A stretch of DNA of 64,000 bases from Mytilus edulis (lineage: Eukaryota): positions 51,212,001 to 51,276,000 of the forward strand of contig NC_092346.1 of assembly GCF_963676685.1 (NCBI RefSeq), written 5' to 3'. A program made the position numbers and the translations under genes. Shown one piece after another: positions 24,991 through 38,477 of this stretch. How positions within the stretch are numbered: the stretch's first letter is position 1; each line of letters begins with the position of its first letter. The notes below the pieces were generated by a model. The model ran no database searches. It saw only the letters and a program-made list of their open reading frames with translations, and had not been told where the DNA came from.

Positions 24991-25671
24991 CACCGCTCAC
25001 CCCCCCCCCCCCCCCCCCGCAAACCGGTCCAATGCAATTGATAAGTGGTAATGGTCATCCACCATTGTCATAGCTTAGAAGTAAGTGTGTATTTTACGAA
25101 TGAACGAATACTTAAGACTTTCCTCATTTTTATATTATTCATATTTGTCTTTGTAAATGTCTGGTACTGGTATTGTTTTCTGTATATCATCTTTCTCTTC
25201 CTGATTTATCCCATCTCTTAATTCTTTTATAAGCAACGGAACATTTCATGAGTTATAGTCATTTGTATTATTTTGTATAAGCATCATAACTATATTTTAA
25301 AGTATGCCATGCTTTTGTAACCATAACATTTCAATAAAAAATATTCCCACACTGCATGGCCAGAAAACAATCAAAATAGATTTTATGCTTGATTTTAAAT
25401 TGTTTTAATATCTCAATAAATACTTAAACATGTGTCATATTTATTAGAATGTTTACTATAAAGTACAACTTTATATAAAACTTACCAATATTATGATAAA
25501 AATTAAAGGGAAAACACTTTGAAATCGGTATAGTCATGTAAAAAGAAACCTGAAATAGTTTCAGAAATAACCACACTGGATACTGCATGGTCATTGGTTT
25601 GATACAAGTGCACAATAAGCTGTTCACAATTTGTTAACTCTAACTTAATCATGCTATTTCGTCAGATGTCT

Positions 25672-26664
25672 TTACATTTCACTACTTTTACAATTTTTGA
25701 AGAGCTTTTTCACTTCGTCTTGAAATAGTTTGTCGTAAAAACCATAAACGAAAGGATTTATTATATGATTCAGTATTGCCATTTCTCTGATTAACGATAT
25801 AACCGTTGTGTCCACTTCATATGTGTCAAATAAATATTTGCCATCCTTTATTTCCAAGAAAAGAATTATAAACTGTGGAATAACGGATAGTCCGAATCCT
25901 ATCGCAATTGCCAACAACATGTATGAAAATTTGTGTGAACATTTAAGGCAAAACAATGTTGACCCGTTAGTACCGTTGTTCTGGGCATGTTGGTTTGCGC
26001 AAGTTTGAAAACGTTGCCTCATCTTTATTTGATGATATATAGTTCTTCCGATAAGTCCATAAAATACTATTAGACCTATCAATATGATTAAGGCCATAAA
26101 TGATGCGTAACTAATGAAAACATAGAATTCTACTCCCATAGAATCTTTGATTAAAATGTCACAGTTACTTCCGGTGACATTTTGATGCAAATTTGATACA
26201 AGGATCTCCGAATTATAAAAGTTCAGTGGGATTGCTGCAACTATTGATAAGACCAATGTAAAAAGAAGAGCTGCTCTCTTACAACGTAAGGTCATCTGTT
26301 TTCAGAACGGTCGACATACTTTTAAATATCGATGAAATGCAATGACAAGTAACAATAGCATCGAGGAGAAAGAAAATATGTTGATAATCATCCAAATTAT
26401 TTTACAGTATTCAGTTCCTTTTTGCATGACCGGAAATGATTTTCTGGTGAGTTTAAAACACGATCGCATGGTACCTGCGAAGAAATCGAGCATGGCGAGC
26501 CAAGGAATGAAATACCGGTCTTCTTTTGTATTTAACCTAAGTTTGTACACAATAATAACCAACAGATTACCAGTAAATCCAACTATAATGTAGATAATCA
26601 GAAATAGTTTGTTTACAATAAATAATTTAGACACTTTTGAATTCCATTCGTCCACATTAGCCAT
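25672..26664 (-). pseudogene. Class A GPCR (intronless CDS) with one in-frame nonsense codon (TGA at 26302-26304)
   Basis: ATG at 26664 (MANVDEWN); GN, HRYLKVCRPF*KQMT and NPFVY are in one frame; paralogs read RPFG(K/Q)QMT. Confidence 0.85.
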
Positions 26665-29600
26665 TTTTCTTCTGATTACTTTGCGCGCAATAGTGTTGCA
26701 GTTATGTACTAAATTCAATATCGTTAAAGATTTACAACCACATCTATTTGTGTTGTCTTGGTTCACTACAATTTTAAAAGAAAGCAGACGACCCTTTATT
26801 ATATTAATGTTTTCTCAGTAGAATTTATTTTATGGCATGTATAGTCATGACTGGTGCAAATAATGTTTGTATTTTAACAGCATCATTCGAGTAATATTGT
26901 TTTGCTATTGTTCAGTCTAAAAACCCCAGAGAATAAGTCATGACAATCTGTTTATTTGAAAACATAATTTAGTAGATGCATTAAAATTGAGGCTTTCTTG
27001 GTGAAAAATTGCATAGTATTTTTTAATGTATTGTCCTCTTTTTAAATATTTTCAACAAAAGATAATTTGTTGCAACTGATGAAGCTATAACTTAGGTTTA
27101 TGACCGCCAATGTTTTAAAAACATTTATTTGATATCAGTTGTAATTGTCGTACGATCCTAGCGGAACGAAAACAACAAATATAAAGGTTCCTTCTTGAAA
27201 ACATTTAAAAAAAACACAAATATACTATATATGTGCATTGGTACATTGTCGGAAAATATAAAATGTATGTGTAAAAAGTAAAATCACAAAAATACTGAAC
27301 TTAGAGGAAAATCAATTCGGAAAGTCCATAATCACATGGCAAAATCAAATAACAAAACGCATCAAAAACGAATGGACAAGAACTGTCATATGAGCTTTAG
27401 AAACAGGACGAAAAGCGAGGCTGGTCGGGCTTTTCTCATGTTTTGTAGCGAATACACATAAATTCTATATTTTACGACAATGTGCATGATATATTATCTT
27501 TATCGTGAATTTTACTCCAAACAACTGACAATTTAGTTATTTAAATCTTAATCATTGTCTCCAATTTCTCAAAGAAATCGACACTGTTTAAGCGCGGACC
27601 GCGAAGAGAACGCCAAAATCAACTGGTACGGAAAAAGAAATGTCCACATTATCTGTAACTTGCTTAACATGGAAGCTGGGTAACAGGAGACTTTACTTGT
27701 ATAAGTAATTAAAAAGCACAAATTAATTTGTATTCCTGTTAGTTTTAGTAAGTCAAAATTACTGCAAGATATATAGATGAACGTTATATGTAAAAAGTGT
27801 CAATGAGACAACTGTCCATTAAAGTAACAATTTATAAAAGTAAACCATTATAGGTCAAGGTACGGCCTTCAACACGGAGCATTGGCTCACATAGAACAGC
27901 AAGCTACAAAGTGCCCAAAAAATTACTAGTGTAAAACCATTCAAACGAGAAAACCAACGGTCTTATCTATATAAAAAAGAGAAACGAGAAACAAATATGA
28001 ACTATATAAACAGACGACAACCACTGTATATAATACATCAGATTCCTGAATTAGGACAGGTGCAAACATTTGCAGCGGGATTAAACGTTTTAATGGTACC
28101 AAACCGTCTCCCTTTTCTGAAACATTGGTATAACATCACAACATAGAAAGAGACACTATAAAATATCATTTGGAAGGCTTAACTCAATAAAAAACAACGC
28201 AAATTAACACATTATGAACTAATAAATTTGATCTGTGGTACAATGCAAAATTAATGCATAGTTAATAGTTTGTCTTTATTAGAGAGAATAGCTGAATATG
28301 ATGCTTCTTAAAGAGGACAGACACGGAATATAACCTGATTAAAATGGAACCTATTATGTAAATTAGTTTACAAAGCTGATAATATATGCATTCCATTGGT
28401 GCTTTTTTTAAAGATATTAACACATTTTTAGAATTGACAAAAGAATGCTGATGTATCTGCTTAATGTGATTGATAATTGTTCCGTGTTATCTCCGATTAT
28501 GGTTTACTTTTTAGTACCAGGTTCATGCTATCAAAAGATGTTTCCTTGCCACGTGGTACAATGCACAGTATCCAAGAAAAAAAATTCACATATTTGTCTT
28601 GACTTTACAACTTGTAGGAAAATTCGAAAGTTTTTTTTTTTTTTCGAGCGTCACTGATCAGTCTGAAGTAGAAAAATGGGTGCCTTGATTACAAAAAATC
28701 TAAAGCCTGTATCTTTGATTTACACAGAAAATACAAGAGTTGGTTTAAAATATAAATACTCTCAATATAAAAAAAAATCTCCGAAGATTTTTGATTTAGG
28801 ATTTACACTTCGACTGTTATTCTTTTATTTGTATAAAAATGTTGGCATATGATCCTTTAATAGAAAGGACGAACATGCGTATTAATTTATGACGTAAAGA
28901 CACTAAAAGATATTGAGAAGAACAAAAGAACAGCAGCTTTTTCACTGTTATTCATTTGAAGTCATAGTGAGTGTTTCATGGAACAAGCTCAATACAGCCA
29001 TAACACCTGTTTGAGAGGGTTTTTTTGCTAGATGTTGGTAAAATCATGAAAGTATTATATTGTCAATATAATACTTTCATGGTCGAAGCTATAGCTGTGT
29101 ATTAAAGAAAATGAGTCTGTCCTACGATATATACAAATGTCTATTTGTCACGTCTTCACCGCTTAATAATCAATATATCCGTCTTGTTTATAAGCTGAAT
29201 AAACAATTTGTTGCAAAATATTTGTTTTAAGTATAATCACATGATGTATCTGTAACCGGGAGACTGGCTACTGATTTGAAGTTGATAACGAGCTGCAACC
29301 CACGACCGGTTGACTAGGATCTAGTCACTTGACTGAGAATACTCGCTTTAACTCCACTTGTAGAATTAGACACAAGTCCTATGCAGTAGTTAACAATTTA
29401 ATGATTCAGGATGAAATACGTGTAGTTTTACAAAATGATGTACTTTACTTAAACACATTGAATTTAACAGATTGATACAAATTGAGCGGATGTTGTCAGT
29501 ACGAATGCCCGACTCTCACTGAAGTTACAAACTTCGCCGTAATTGAAATGACTAAAGGATTAATTATTCTTTACGTAAGAAAACTTAAGACCTATGTAAA

Positions 29601-30192
29601 GCTGTGACTTTATCTATTACTTACAAAAAGAATTATCTTGAAACAAATTTCTGACTTTGTGAAAATATACTTGACACTTAATTATTACTTATAATACAAA
29701 AAGCTTTACAAAGAAAAATCGTTACATCATAATGAAATTACTTTGACGGACAAATATTGCAAATAAAATTATTTCGATAAAATAATGAATAGTTTAACAA
29801 TATAATGACATTTTATGACCGAACAGTTTGTCAATGAAAGTTCAAAAGTATCATGTTTATGAAGAATACCCTTTTCAAATAGTTCCAAATGAAGATGCAT
29901 AATTTACACAAATCATCCCTATCACATATCAATCGAATTGGTCATCTAAAACATATAACTACTGTAACACTTTATAATGTTACATATTGCGTAATCAGCA
30001 ATCGAAGCCATACACACATACATTTTGACATAAAATATGAGATTTCATAGAATAATTGTCCGATTTAAACCAAATAATTTATCTTTCCTATTCCCATGTG
30101 ACAAGAATCACCATAATTCCAATCCATTTTGCACTTTATTTATCAATTGTTGATTTAGTTTTTAGCTGGATAAACGATACAACGGTTCACAA

Positions 30193-31224
30193 ATGGAAAA
30201 CAAACTGCAAGAATGGAACTGGGAAATTGCAGATCGATACATTGTTAATGATATATTTCTCATTATCTACATCATAATTGGAATCTTAGGGAACTTTTTA
30301 GTGATAATTATATATGAATTTAAATTGAAAACAAACCGTGACGACCGTTATTTCATTCCATGGTTGGGTTTACTTGATTTATTTGCCGGTACTCTAAGGT
30401 CATCATTTGAGTTGATCCGTAAAATTTATCCGGTGATGCTCCGTGGGACAATATTTTGCAAATCAGTTTGGATGATAATTGATGTATTCGCATTCTCATC
30501 AACGTGCCTTTTGTTGGTGATCGCGTTTCATCGTTACTTGAAAGTGTGTCGACCTTTTGGACAACAAATGACACTACCATTGAAAAGATTATCACTTGTC
30601 TGTACATTTATCTTATCACTTGGGATGGCAGTGATTTTAAATTCATTCAATTCTGAAATTCCTGTTCGAAGTGACAAATTCAACGTTACTGGTTGGACGT
30701 GTGATATTGATATAAATTATTCCATGGGAGCTACATTTTATGTTTTTGCGAGTTTTGCGACAATAATGACTTTAATTATTGCAACGGGACTTGCTGTTTT
30801 TTACATCTTGATTGCAAGAAGAATCTGCAAACAAATCAAAGCAAGAAATAATATGAAATCTACTAATTCTAACAACATGAAATCAAGTGATCTTAACAAA
30901 GAAACAAGACATTTAGATGACTATAACTGTAAAAAATGTATACAGCTTTCACATACATTTTCATTCATGCTAATGGCCATGGCAGTGGGATTTGGAATAT
31001 CTTATATTCCCCAGTTTGTAATATTGTTTCTGACAATAAACAATGGTCGGTTTTTGTTTGACAAGTATGACTCTGAAACCATATGGATATCCTTCTTTAG
31101 AGAGATGGCGATAATTAATCATATCATAAATCCTTTTATTTATGGATTGTATGACAAGGTTTTCAGATTGGAGGTACAAAAAATCATGTCATGCCATAGA
31201 AACGAGGACATTGCTTGTATTTGA
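30193..31224 (+). CDS. Rhodopsin-like (class A) orphan GPCR, intronless CDS, 343 aa
   Basis: 7 hydrophobic helices; GN (TM1), LLD (TM2), HRY, TM3/ECL2 Cys, SYIP, NPFIY, helix 8 FR. Confidence 0.92.
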   Translation: MENKLQEWNWEIADRYIVNDIFLIIYIIIGILGNFLVIIIYEFKLKTNRDDRYFIPWLGLLDLFAGTLRSSFELIRKIYPVMLRGTIFCKSVWMIIDVFAFSSTCLLLVIAFHRYLKVCRPFGQQMTLPLKRLSLVCTFILSLGMAVILNSFNSEIPVRSDKFNVTGWTCDIDINYSMGATFYVFASFATIMTLIIATGLAVFYILIARRICKQIKARNNMKSTNSNNMKSSDLNKETRHLDDYNCKKCIQLSHTFSFMLMAMAVGFGISYIPQFVILFLTINNGRFLFDKYDSETIWISFFREMAIINHIINPFIYGLYDKVFRLEVQKIMSCHRNEDIACI

Positions 31225-32926
31225 TTTATATTGGAAACTTAACACGAAACACTGAATACTAAAAGTAAATACGATTTAGAATGAAATGTCCATGTTTTTT
31301 AATGTTCTGTCGCTTCTCTGTAACTATAACACTGATATAAGAAGAACGATTTTCGATTTTTTCAAGTTTTTCATATTGCCATGCAATTATCGGTCTTTAT
31401 CGTTTGAAATATAAATTATTAATTTTATTAATTGAGATGTGCATTATAAATAAGGATAAGCGATTCTCACTAATTTTCGATCTTAGTATTATGTAATAGT
31501 AACTTTAACTTAATACAGTATTAACTAAATAAATATTAATGTTCGTGCACACAGTGGCCGATCCAAGAAGTCCGCCTCCCTTTTTGATCGGCAAAACAAA
31601 TAAAATCTCATGTTTTTTTACGATATATGTACATTTTTTGTATGAAATCGTCATGAAATATTTTTTGACTCGCTCCGCTCGGCGGAATATATTCAATAAT
31701 CGTAAATTAAACCTCTCTCCTTTGTTAAATATCCAGGACCCCCCCCCCCCCCTTGCTTGTTATTTGTTTGTCATTTATGATACTTGTACTATTGTAGCTG
31801 GTATCATAGAGTTAAGTGCTTTCTTTTGTTTTGTTTTTAATGTGCAGACGTCCTATTCAAATGCCATATACACCAGACTATGTTTTCATTCTCCAGAGAT
31901 ATCAATAATGACTTTTGTGAGCTATGTTCAATTATCTATACATATTAGACCGTAGACATATAAATGGGACAGTTGAGACTCAGTGGTAAATGAAACTTTG
32001 ACTATTCACATTTATCATGTAACGAATAAACCAGGTTCGCTTTCTTTGTTTTAAGTTTTCTTTATACAGTTTAGTAGGTCTAGAGAAAGGTATCCTACTT
32101 CAAGTCCTATTCCATCGGTTGAGAGGCATGTGCTGTATAAATAGGAATTCAATTCTGACGGGATGGGACCATCAACTCCTATGACCCATGTAAAATAAGC
32201 ACAGAGTCCTCTGAATATAACAAATCTCTGAGTTGTTCACAAGTTTTCAGTTGCAAGTTATTCAACGTAAATCAAGCTTCATCTTGAAAGAACCTTCATT
32301 ACACAAACTTTACTTCTATTTTATTTGTCTATTTGTTCTCGTTCTAAATTTGAAATAAAAATTGTGAATGGACATTTATACCATTTCAAACTTCGTGGTT
32401 ATGTTTCAAAATGATAATGTGCCTCATAAGTGATGTTTTATATCTTTATTAATCATTCTGACAGAAAAAAAATACCAATTACAAACTAGTATGAGATAGG
32501 TCTGAGGAACATGAACAAGTTTTCGGTTTTGTTTAGTGGTTGTATGAATTGTTTGTCTTGAATTAGATTGTTTTCCTAACTTTTCTTTGGTAATAAGATA
32601 TAATTATTAAATTAACAACACTTTTGAATTTGCCAATCACGTCATTGATATATTTTAAAGCAGTGGTGCAAATAATATATAATAGAATACTGTTTAAGAT
32701 AAGGGTGAAGGTTGGTACCTATGAAAACGGTTAAACCCGTTGCATTTGTTTGCACTTGTCCTAAGCTAGGAACATGATGTTCATTAGTTGTCTTTTGTTG
32801 GTGTGATTCATGAATGTTTCTTGTTTCTCGTTTTTTATATAGAATAGACCGTTGGTTTATCTCTTTTAATGGCTTTACACTAGTCCTTTTGGGGGCCCTT
32901 TATAGCTTGCAGGTTCGGTGTGAGCC

Positions 32927-33248
32927 AAGAATCCGTGTTTAAGACCGTACTTTGACCTATAATGGTTTACTTAAGACTCCGTGTTGAAGACCATACTTTG
33001 ACCTATAATGGTTTACTTAAGACTCCGTGTTGAAGACCGTACTTTGACCTATAATAGTTTACTTAAGACTCCGTGTTGAAGACCGTACTTTGACCTATAA
33101 TGGTTTACTTAAGACTCCGTGTTGAAGACCGTACTTTGACCTATAATAGTTTACTTAAGACTCCGTGTTGAAGACCGTACTTTGACCTATAATGGTTTAC
33201 TTAAGACTCCGTGTTGAAGACCGTACTTTGACCTATAATGGTTTACTT
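32927..33248 (+). repeat. Minisatellite, 7 x 46 bp, inside a dispersed repeat copy
   Basis: Unit AAGACTCCGTGTTGAAGACCGTACTTTGACCTATAATGGTTTACTT. Confidence 0.95.
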
Positions 33249-33984
33249 TTACAAGTTGTGACTTGGATGGAGAGTTGTCTCATTGGCACTCAAACCACAT
33301 CTCCTTATATCTTTTAACTAAACAAAATTTTTAAAATAATGTCTGTACTTAAAGAAATCTGCATACTTAATATCTAGTCCTAGAACACAATTATTTCGTA
33401 GTGCATTTCTATTAGACAAAAAAAAACGCAAATTTATAAAATCGCATCTGTTCTCTCCAAAAAACGTTTTTTACAGTGTAGTGTACTACTTTTTGGACAA
33501 ATAATGTCAAAGTTATAGAAAAATATAATGTGGACAATTTTAAGTTAAGTTAGATGCAATTCAGTTTGACCTCTTCAGACATACTTTTTGTTTACCTTTT
33601 AAGACAGGACCAAATTACTACTTTATTTAAAAATGCATGGCCCATTTTTTTTTTTTTACATATAATTTCATCCCTACATTAGAAAGGTGTATGAAAATAA
33701 TGCGATTTTTGCAGAGTCCACACTTAGGACTCTATGTCTCCGGACCTAATAGGATAAAAAGACTGGACCAATTTTAATAAACATGGCATGATCCAAGCTT
33801 AGGGAATTATAAGACATTTTGTTTTTATTTTCATGATAATAGCATATATATTGAATGCCATATGGTCATTCTTATATTTAAAATTTTGGCATATTTTTTA
33901 CGTTTTAATTGAACAATTTTAACTATTAAGATGTGAGCCTTCAAAATTTAAATGTTGCAAATCATTGCACTTTAAATGCCTAAA

Positions 33985-34431
33985 TAGAATGAAATTCAAA
34001 ACAGTGTGGCTGTGGCCATTGATTGACACATTAAATTCATCCATTGACTGGGACAATTTACGTGAACGTTTGTCTGTAACGACCACTGTTCACGACGTAC
34101 CTACGATAGACATTTAAACTGTGGGGTCACCATAGGTTTCTTAACGCCTTTAATTATAAAATAATTCGAAAAAATAATCAGGAATAACCTTTATGTTTTG
34201 ATTTATATAATTAGTATAAATCAAAACATCGTGTTATTTCTGATTAATTTTTCGAATTACTTTATTAAGGTGTTGTGAACCTTTGGTGACCCCATAGTTT
34301 AAGTGTCCTTAAAAAGTACATAGTGAGCAGTGGTCGTTACATACAAACGTTCACCTAAATTGTCCCAGCCAATGGATGAATTTAATGTGTCAATCAATAG
34401 CCACAAGCACACTGTTTTGAATTTCATTCTA
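33985..34431. mobile_element. ~450-bp foldback MITE (partial copy at ~38243-38317)
   Basis: Near full-length imperfect palindrome TAGAATGAAATTCAAAACAGTGTG...CACACTGTTTTGAATTTCATTCTA; TA at both ends. Confidence 0.85.
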
Positions 34432-35413
34432 TATGTAGCATGTATTTAAAGTAGCTGAACACTCGGACACCGAAAATCAAAGGATGATAAACATGTGCCC
34501 GGACCTTCTGCCTCTTTTTCTCTCTTTCCTGCATCTTAAATAGGTCTGTACGTGTGACCTAGTACTTGCTAATCTAAAAAGCATCCACTAGATACCAAAT
34601 GACAAGGTGTACGTTTTGATTCTAAGATAACTGGAAAGGTCAATAAATTTCAAATCCCTGCTACAATATACAGAAGACTTTATACTGCAACTAGTTGTGT
34701 TTATTTCCTAAATATAGTAACACAGCTATATTTTGTGCAATGTCAATTTCACCATGGAACACTTTTTCCACAGTAGATATCAAAGACGACGAAAAGCAGC
34801 ATTTTCATGGAGAAATTAATATTTCAAATAAGAATATCAATCTTTTGGGAGAACTGTGGTATTTAATTTCCATCTCTGTCTGTTTTCGAGTACGTCTGGA
34901 TATTGTTACAAAAGATTTTATTGCTTGTTATTTGAGACATTTTCTAAGCCATACAATCAGTGTAATAAACGTATCTAATATGATACCATTCAATTTCAAA
35001 TTCATTACTCTCGAATGACAAAAAAATCTATACATTTTAATCCAATATCTCTTACTACGATTCAGAGTACAAGAGAGCATCTTGTTTGTTTAATTTTCAT
35101 CATGAAATCTAGTATTCTAAGTTGTTCATGTACTGTATCACTGAGGTTGTGAGTTTGAAACCATGCACGAGGCAGTTGCGTCCGTCACCAATAATAATTT
35201 TTTTTTTAGAATGAATGCCAGTTATCCTGCACGAAGGTCTGTGGTTCTCACCGAGTACTCTGGCTTATCTGCACGATTTAGGCAATGGTGCTGAAAGTGA
35301 AAGTAGTGTTAAATAACAGAAATCAATTGATCAATCCAAATTCATATAAATCAATTCCATCTTCGTGCTATAAATATCATATACTGTGTTACATTGTATT
35401 GTTTTAAATTAGT

Positions 35414-35680
35414 CTAGGTGGACGGGTGGTCTAGAGCGATTGATACAGTGCACGTGGTGTTGTCTAGAGCGATGGATACAGTGCACGTGGTGTTGTCTAG
35501 AGCGATGGATACAGTGCACGTGGTGTTGTCTATCTAGCGACGGATACAGTGCACGTGGTGTTGTCTAGAGCGATGGATACAGTGCACGTGGTGTTGTCTC
35601 GATATCTTCATAGCATACGTTTGAATCTGGACGAGGAAAGAACATAATTTGCTTCAGCAAATTTGCAGATTTAACATATA
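35414..35680 (+). mobile_element. Degenerate monomer of the tandem-family tRNA-like head with an internal 5 x ~33-bp expansion (35431-35598)
   Basis: Colinear with the reverse complement of the 445-bp unit head and tail; unit CTAGAGCGATGGATACAGTGCACGTGGTGTTGT. Confidence 0.7.
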
Positions 35681-36703
35681 AAATATTTCATAGGAATAAA
35701 AAAACAAAGTGAGGAGATTTCAAGACTAAAAGCTATACATAGATTAATGCCACCCTTTGACGTCACGAGAAAATTGGTGCTTGATCAACACTAATCCCTC
35801 TACATCGTTCAAAACCAAGACTTTAGCATCGTGAAAGGGGAAAAAAGTCTACGCCTTCGCAAATAAATTTCGGGGATATGTCGTCTGATTATTACGGCAG
35901 AATCTTTTACAAACCAATGTTTTAAAATCCCTCGTGTCTTTTGAAATAAATGTATGAAAACTATCATAAGGATTTAGATGTTTTTTTAATTAATAAAAGA
36001 GTTTATGATAGGCCAGTTGCTAGGTTTAGAAATTTTCATGACACTCAAAGCGTTTTGTGTTCGTACCGACATAAAACGTATCCCACAATTGATTAAGGTA
36101 TAACGTTGATACAACACAAAAATTAGGAAATAAGAATTTTGTTTCATTGAAAGTCGTTTAAAAAAATCTCATCTAAAGGATGGTTCTGAATATTTGAAAG
36201 TTTTGATTATATACTTTTTTCCATGGACTGCACTAAAACCTGTCACATATCGTTTCATTTCGACACCTATTGAGTATTATTCATCTCTTAGGATCTGCTC
36301 ACTCTTCCGGAGCACCTGAGATTATATATGCATGTATTGGTTCAAAGTTAGAATTACCCCCCAAAAAAATCGTATCATCAGACTTTTAATCCATGATGCT
36401 TTAGCCTTAATGATTCGATATGTACAAACTGTGTGTTATGTTAATATAAAATAAAGCTATAATAATTGAAGTATTGACGATTTGCAATATGGTATACGTT
36501 ATACACAAAGATACACAACAGCACATACAATCATTTATTTATGTCATTTTCTTTATTCTTTATATTTATTTATGTCATTTTCTTTATTCTTTATATTTAT
36601 TTATGTCATTTTTCTTTATTCTTTATACTTATTTCATTCTACTAAATATAATATACGTTTTTTAAAGTAAATTCTTACTAAATTGCTACGAATGACGAAT
36701 TTT

Positions 36704-37858
36704 TCATAAAGACATGGACTTTCTTGTTGAGCAACAACTACAAAATATTTCTGAAACTGCCTTGCGAAATCTTGTATCAAAAAAGGTATATATAAATGGA
36801 TTTATAGCATGATTTAAAAGGTACATCCTATAGAGGAACAATAATCCTGCAATTGTCTCATTAGGTTTGTTCCAAAAATTTGGATCAAGACTTTCCAAAA
36901 TCATCAGTGTTAATCGTGGTGTATAACCAACGATAAATAGTGCAGTGATTGTCATAAACATGTATGAGTATCTGTGCGTTCGAAAATGTTGTCCTATTGT
37001 GTAGAAACGTCCTTGGTCAAGGGTATCAGTGGATCCTCGTCTTAGTTTTTGTCTATATGAGTCGCATTCAACGAGATCTTTGATACTGTTAGCGCTTGAT
37101 CTTGAAACGTTATCTTTATCAACCGGTTCTACACTTTCCGCCTCCGTAGAGCTACTAGGTGTTTTGGTAAACTTTCCCTGTTTCATAGATATATGGAATC
37201 TTATAAATTTTTGATAAATTGTCTTTCCAATCAAAATGTACAGTATAATAAGAACAATGGAAGCAATCAATGCAAATACTGCAGCACTTATATCATGAAG
37301 AATGAAGTGTTCTTTGTAATGGACCGTATGTCCGCACCAGTATCCTGTAACATTAAGAATTGGATTGTACATTTCTACCACACCATAATAGAAAAATATC
37401 GGAACTGAAAATGCGCATCCAAAACTAAAAGCCAAAAAAGTACAAAAATATTTCATTTTCTGTGTAAAAATAAATGATGGCTTACAGACTTTAAGGTAAC
37501 GCTGCACTGCTATTATCATTAATAAACTTGCAGCTACAATTGTTACACCTTGAGAAACAAAGGACAGTGCTACACATGCAGATTCGTGTTTGAACTTTAC
37601 CGGTAAAAGGTTCCAAGTAAAGGCATACGATGCACCAATGAGACATGCTATAAAATCCACGGTCGCAAGCACCGGTATAAAAAATCTATCATCCCTTTTG
37701 ACCTTCATTTTAAAAACATATACCAAAATAACAGTTAAATTTCCAATTGTTCCTAGTATCAGGTATAGAGATAAAACAACGTTATTCGGAAACAAATATT
37801 GCATAACACTGTTGTTCCATTCGGTCAAACGTTCATCTTGTATTTTTGTTGACGCCAT
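36704..37858 (-). CDS. Class A orphan GPCR, intronless CDS, 384 aa
   Basis: 7TM; GN, VD, QRY, GYTP, NPFIY, FR, C-terminal Cys cluster. Confidence 0.92.
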   Translation of the reverse strand: MASTKIQDERLTEWNNSVMQYLFPNNVVLSLYLILGTIGNLTVILVYVFKMKVKRDDRFFIPVLATVDFIACLIGASYAFTWNLLPVKFKHESACVALSFVSQGVTIVAASLLMIIAVQRYLKVCKPSFIFTQKMKYFCTFLAFSFGCAFSVPIFFYYGVVEMYNPILNVTGYWCGHTVHYKEHFILHDISAAVFALIASIVLIILYILIGKTIYQKFIRFHISMKQGKFTKTPSSSTEAESVEPVDKDNVSRSSANSIKDLVECDSYRQKLRRGSTDTLDQGRFYTIGQHFRTHRYSYMFMTITALFIVGYTPRLTLMILESLDPNFWNKPNETIAGLLFLYRMYLLNHAINPFIYTFFDTRFRKAVSEIFCSCCSTRKSMSL

Positions 37859-38390
37859 TGATAGGAATATATATATATTTACTACAGCAAATACATTTTT
37901 TACACATATAAGTGAACAATTCTGTGGTAGATGGTAAATGATAATTTTCTTTACGAGTATAAAATAATTCGATTAATCTCTCTTAATCTTAAGGATCTGT
38001 ATTGGTGAACTACTACGGATATATAATTGAAAAATTATACGGATATATAATTGACAAATTATACGGATATATAATTGAAAAATTATATAAATTTCAACGT
38101 TACACGCAGAAAAAGACTCGCAATGATAGTAAGATAGAAAGTCGAGCAGTTATCCGTTTTGCTTCGACGCACCAATCAAACCTCAATTTAAAGACTGACC
38201 ATTTGTCTATTAAAAGAAGATCATATTGACATATCGTTTGTTAATTGTCCCAGTCAATGGATGAATTTAATGTGTCAATCAATGGCCACAGCCACACTGT
38301 TTTGAATTTCATTCTATAAAGCAAGATTGAAAAATGTATATAAATAATGTTTTATTTGTGACTCAAGACTTTGAAAAAAATGATAAGTTT

Positions 38391-38477
38391 ACGACACAGG
38401 CACTCGTCTCAGAAAAAAAATTCCTATACACATGAAAGGTATATAGGAAAAAAAATTCTGAGACGAGTGCCTGTCGT
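38391..38477. repeat. Short hairpin / MITE relic
   Basis: ACAGGCACTCGTCTCAGAA / TTCTGAGACGAGTGCCTGT plus inner TTCCTATA/TATAGGAA. Confidence 0.75.

Noticed and set aside
26302-26304. Selenocysteine or programmed readthrough in the GPCR
   Set aside because: The position is Gly, not Cys, in paralogs; no SECIS seen; weak readthrough context
26665-26766. N-terminal extension of the first GPCR in the ORF track
   Set aside because: Non-ATG start; paralog alignment places the start at 26664
32927-33248. CRISPR-like array
   Set aside because: Contiguous units with no unique spacers, no cas genes, eukaryotic context
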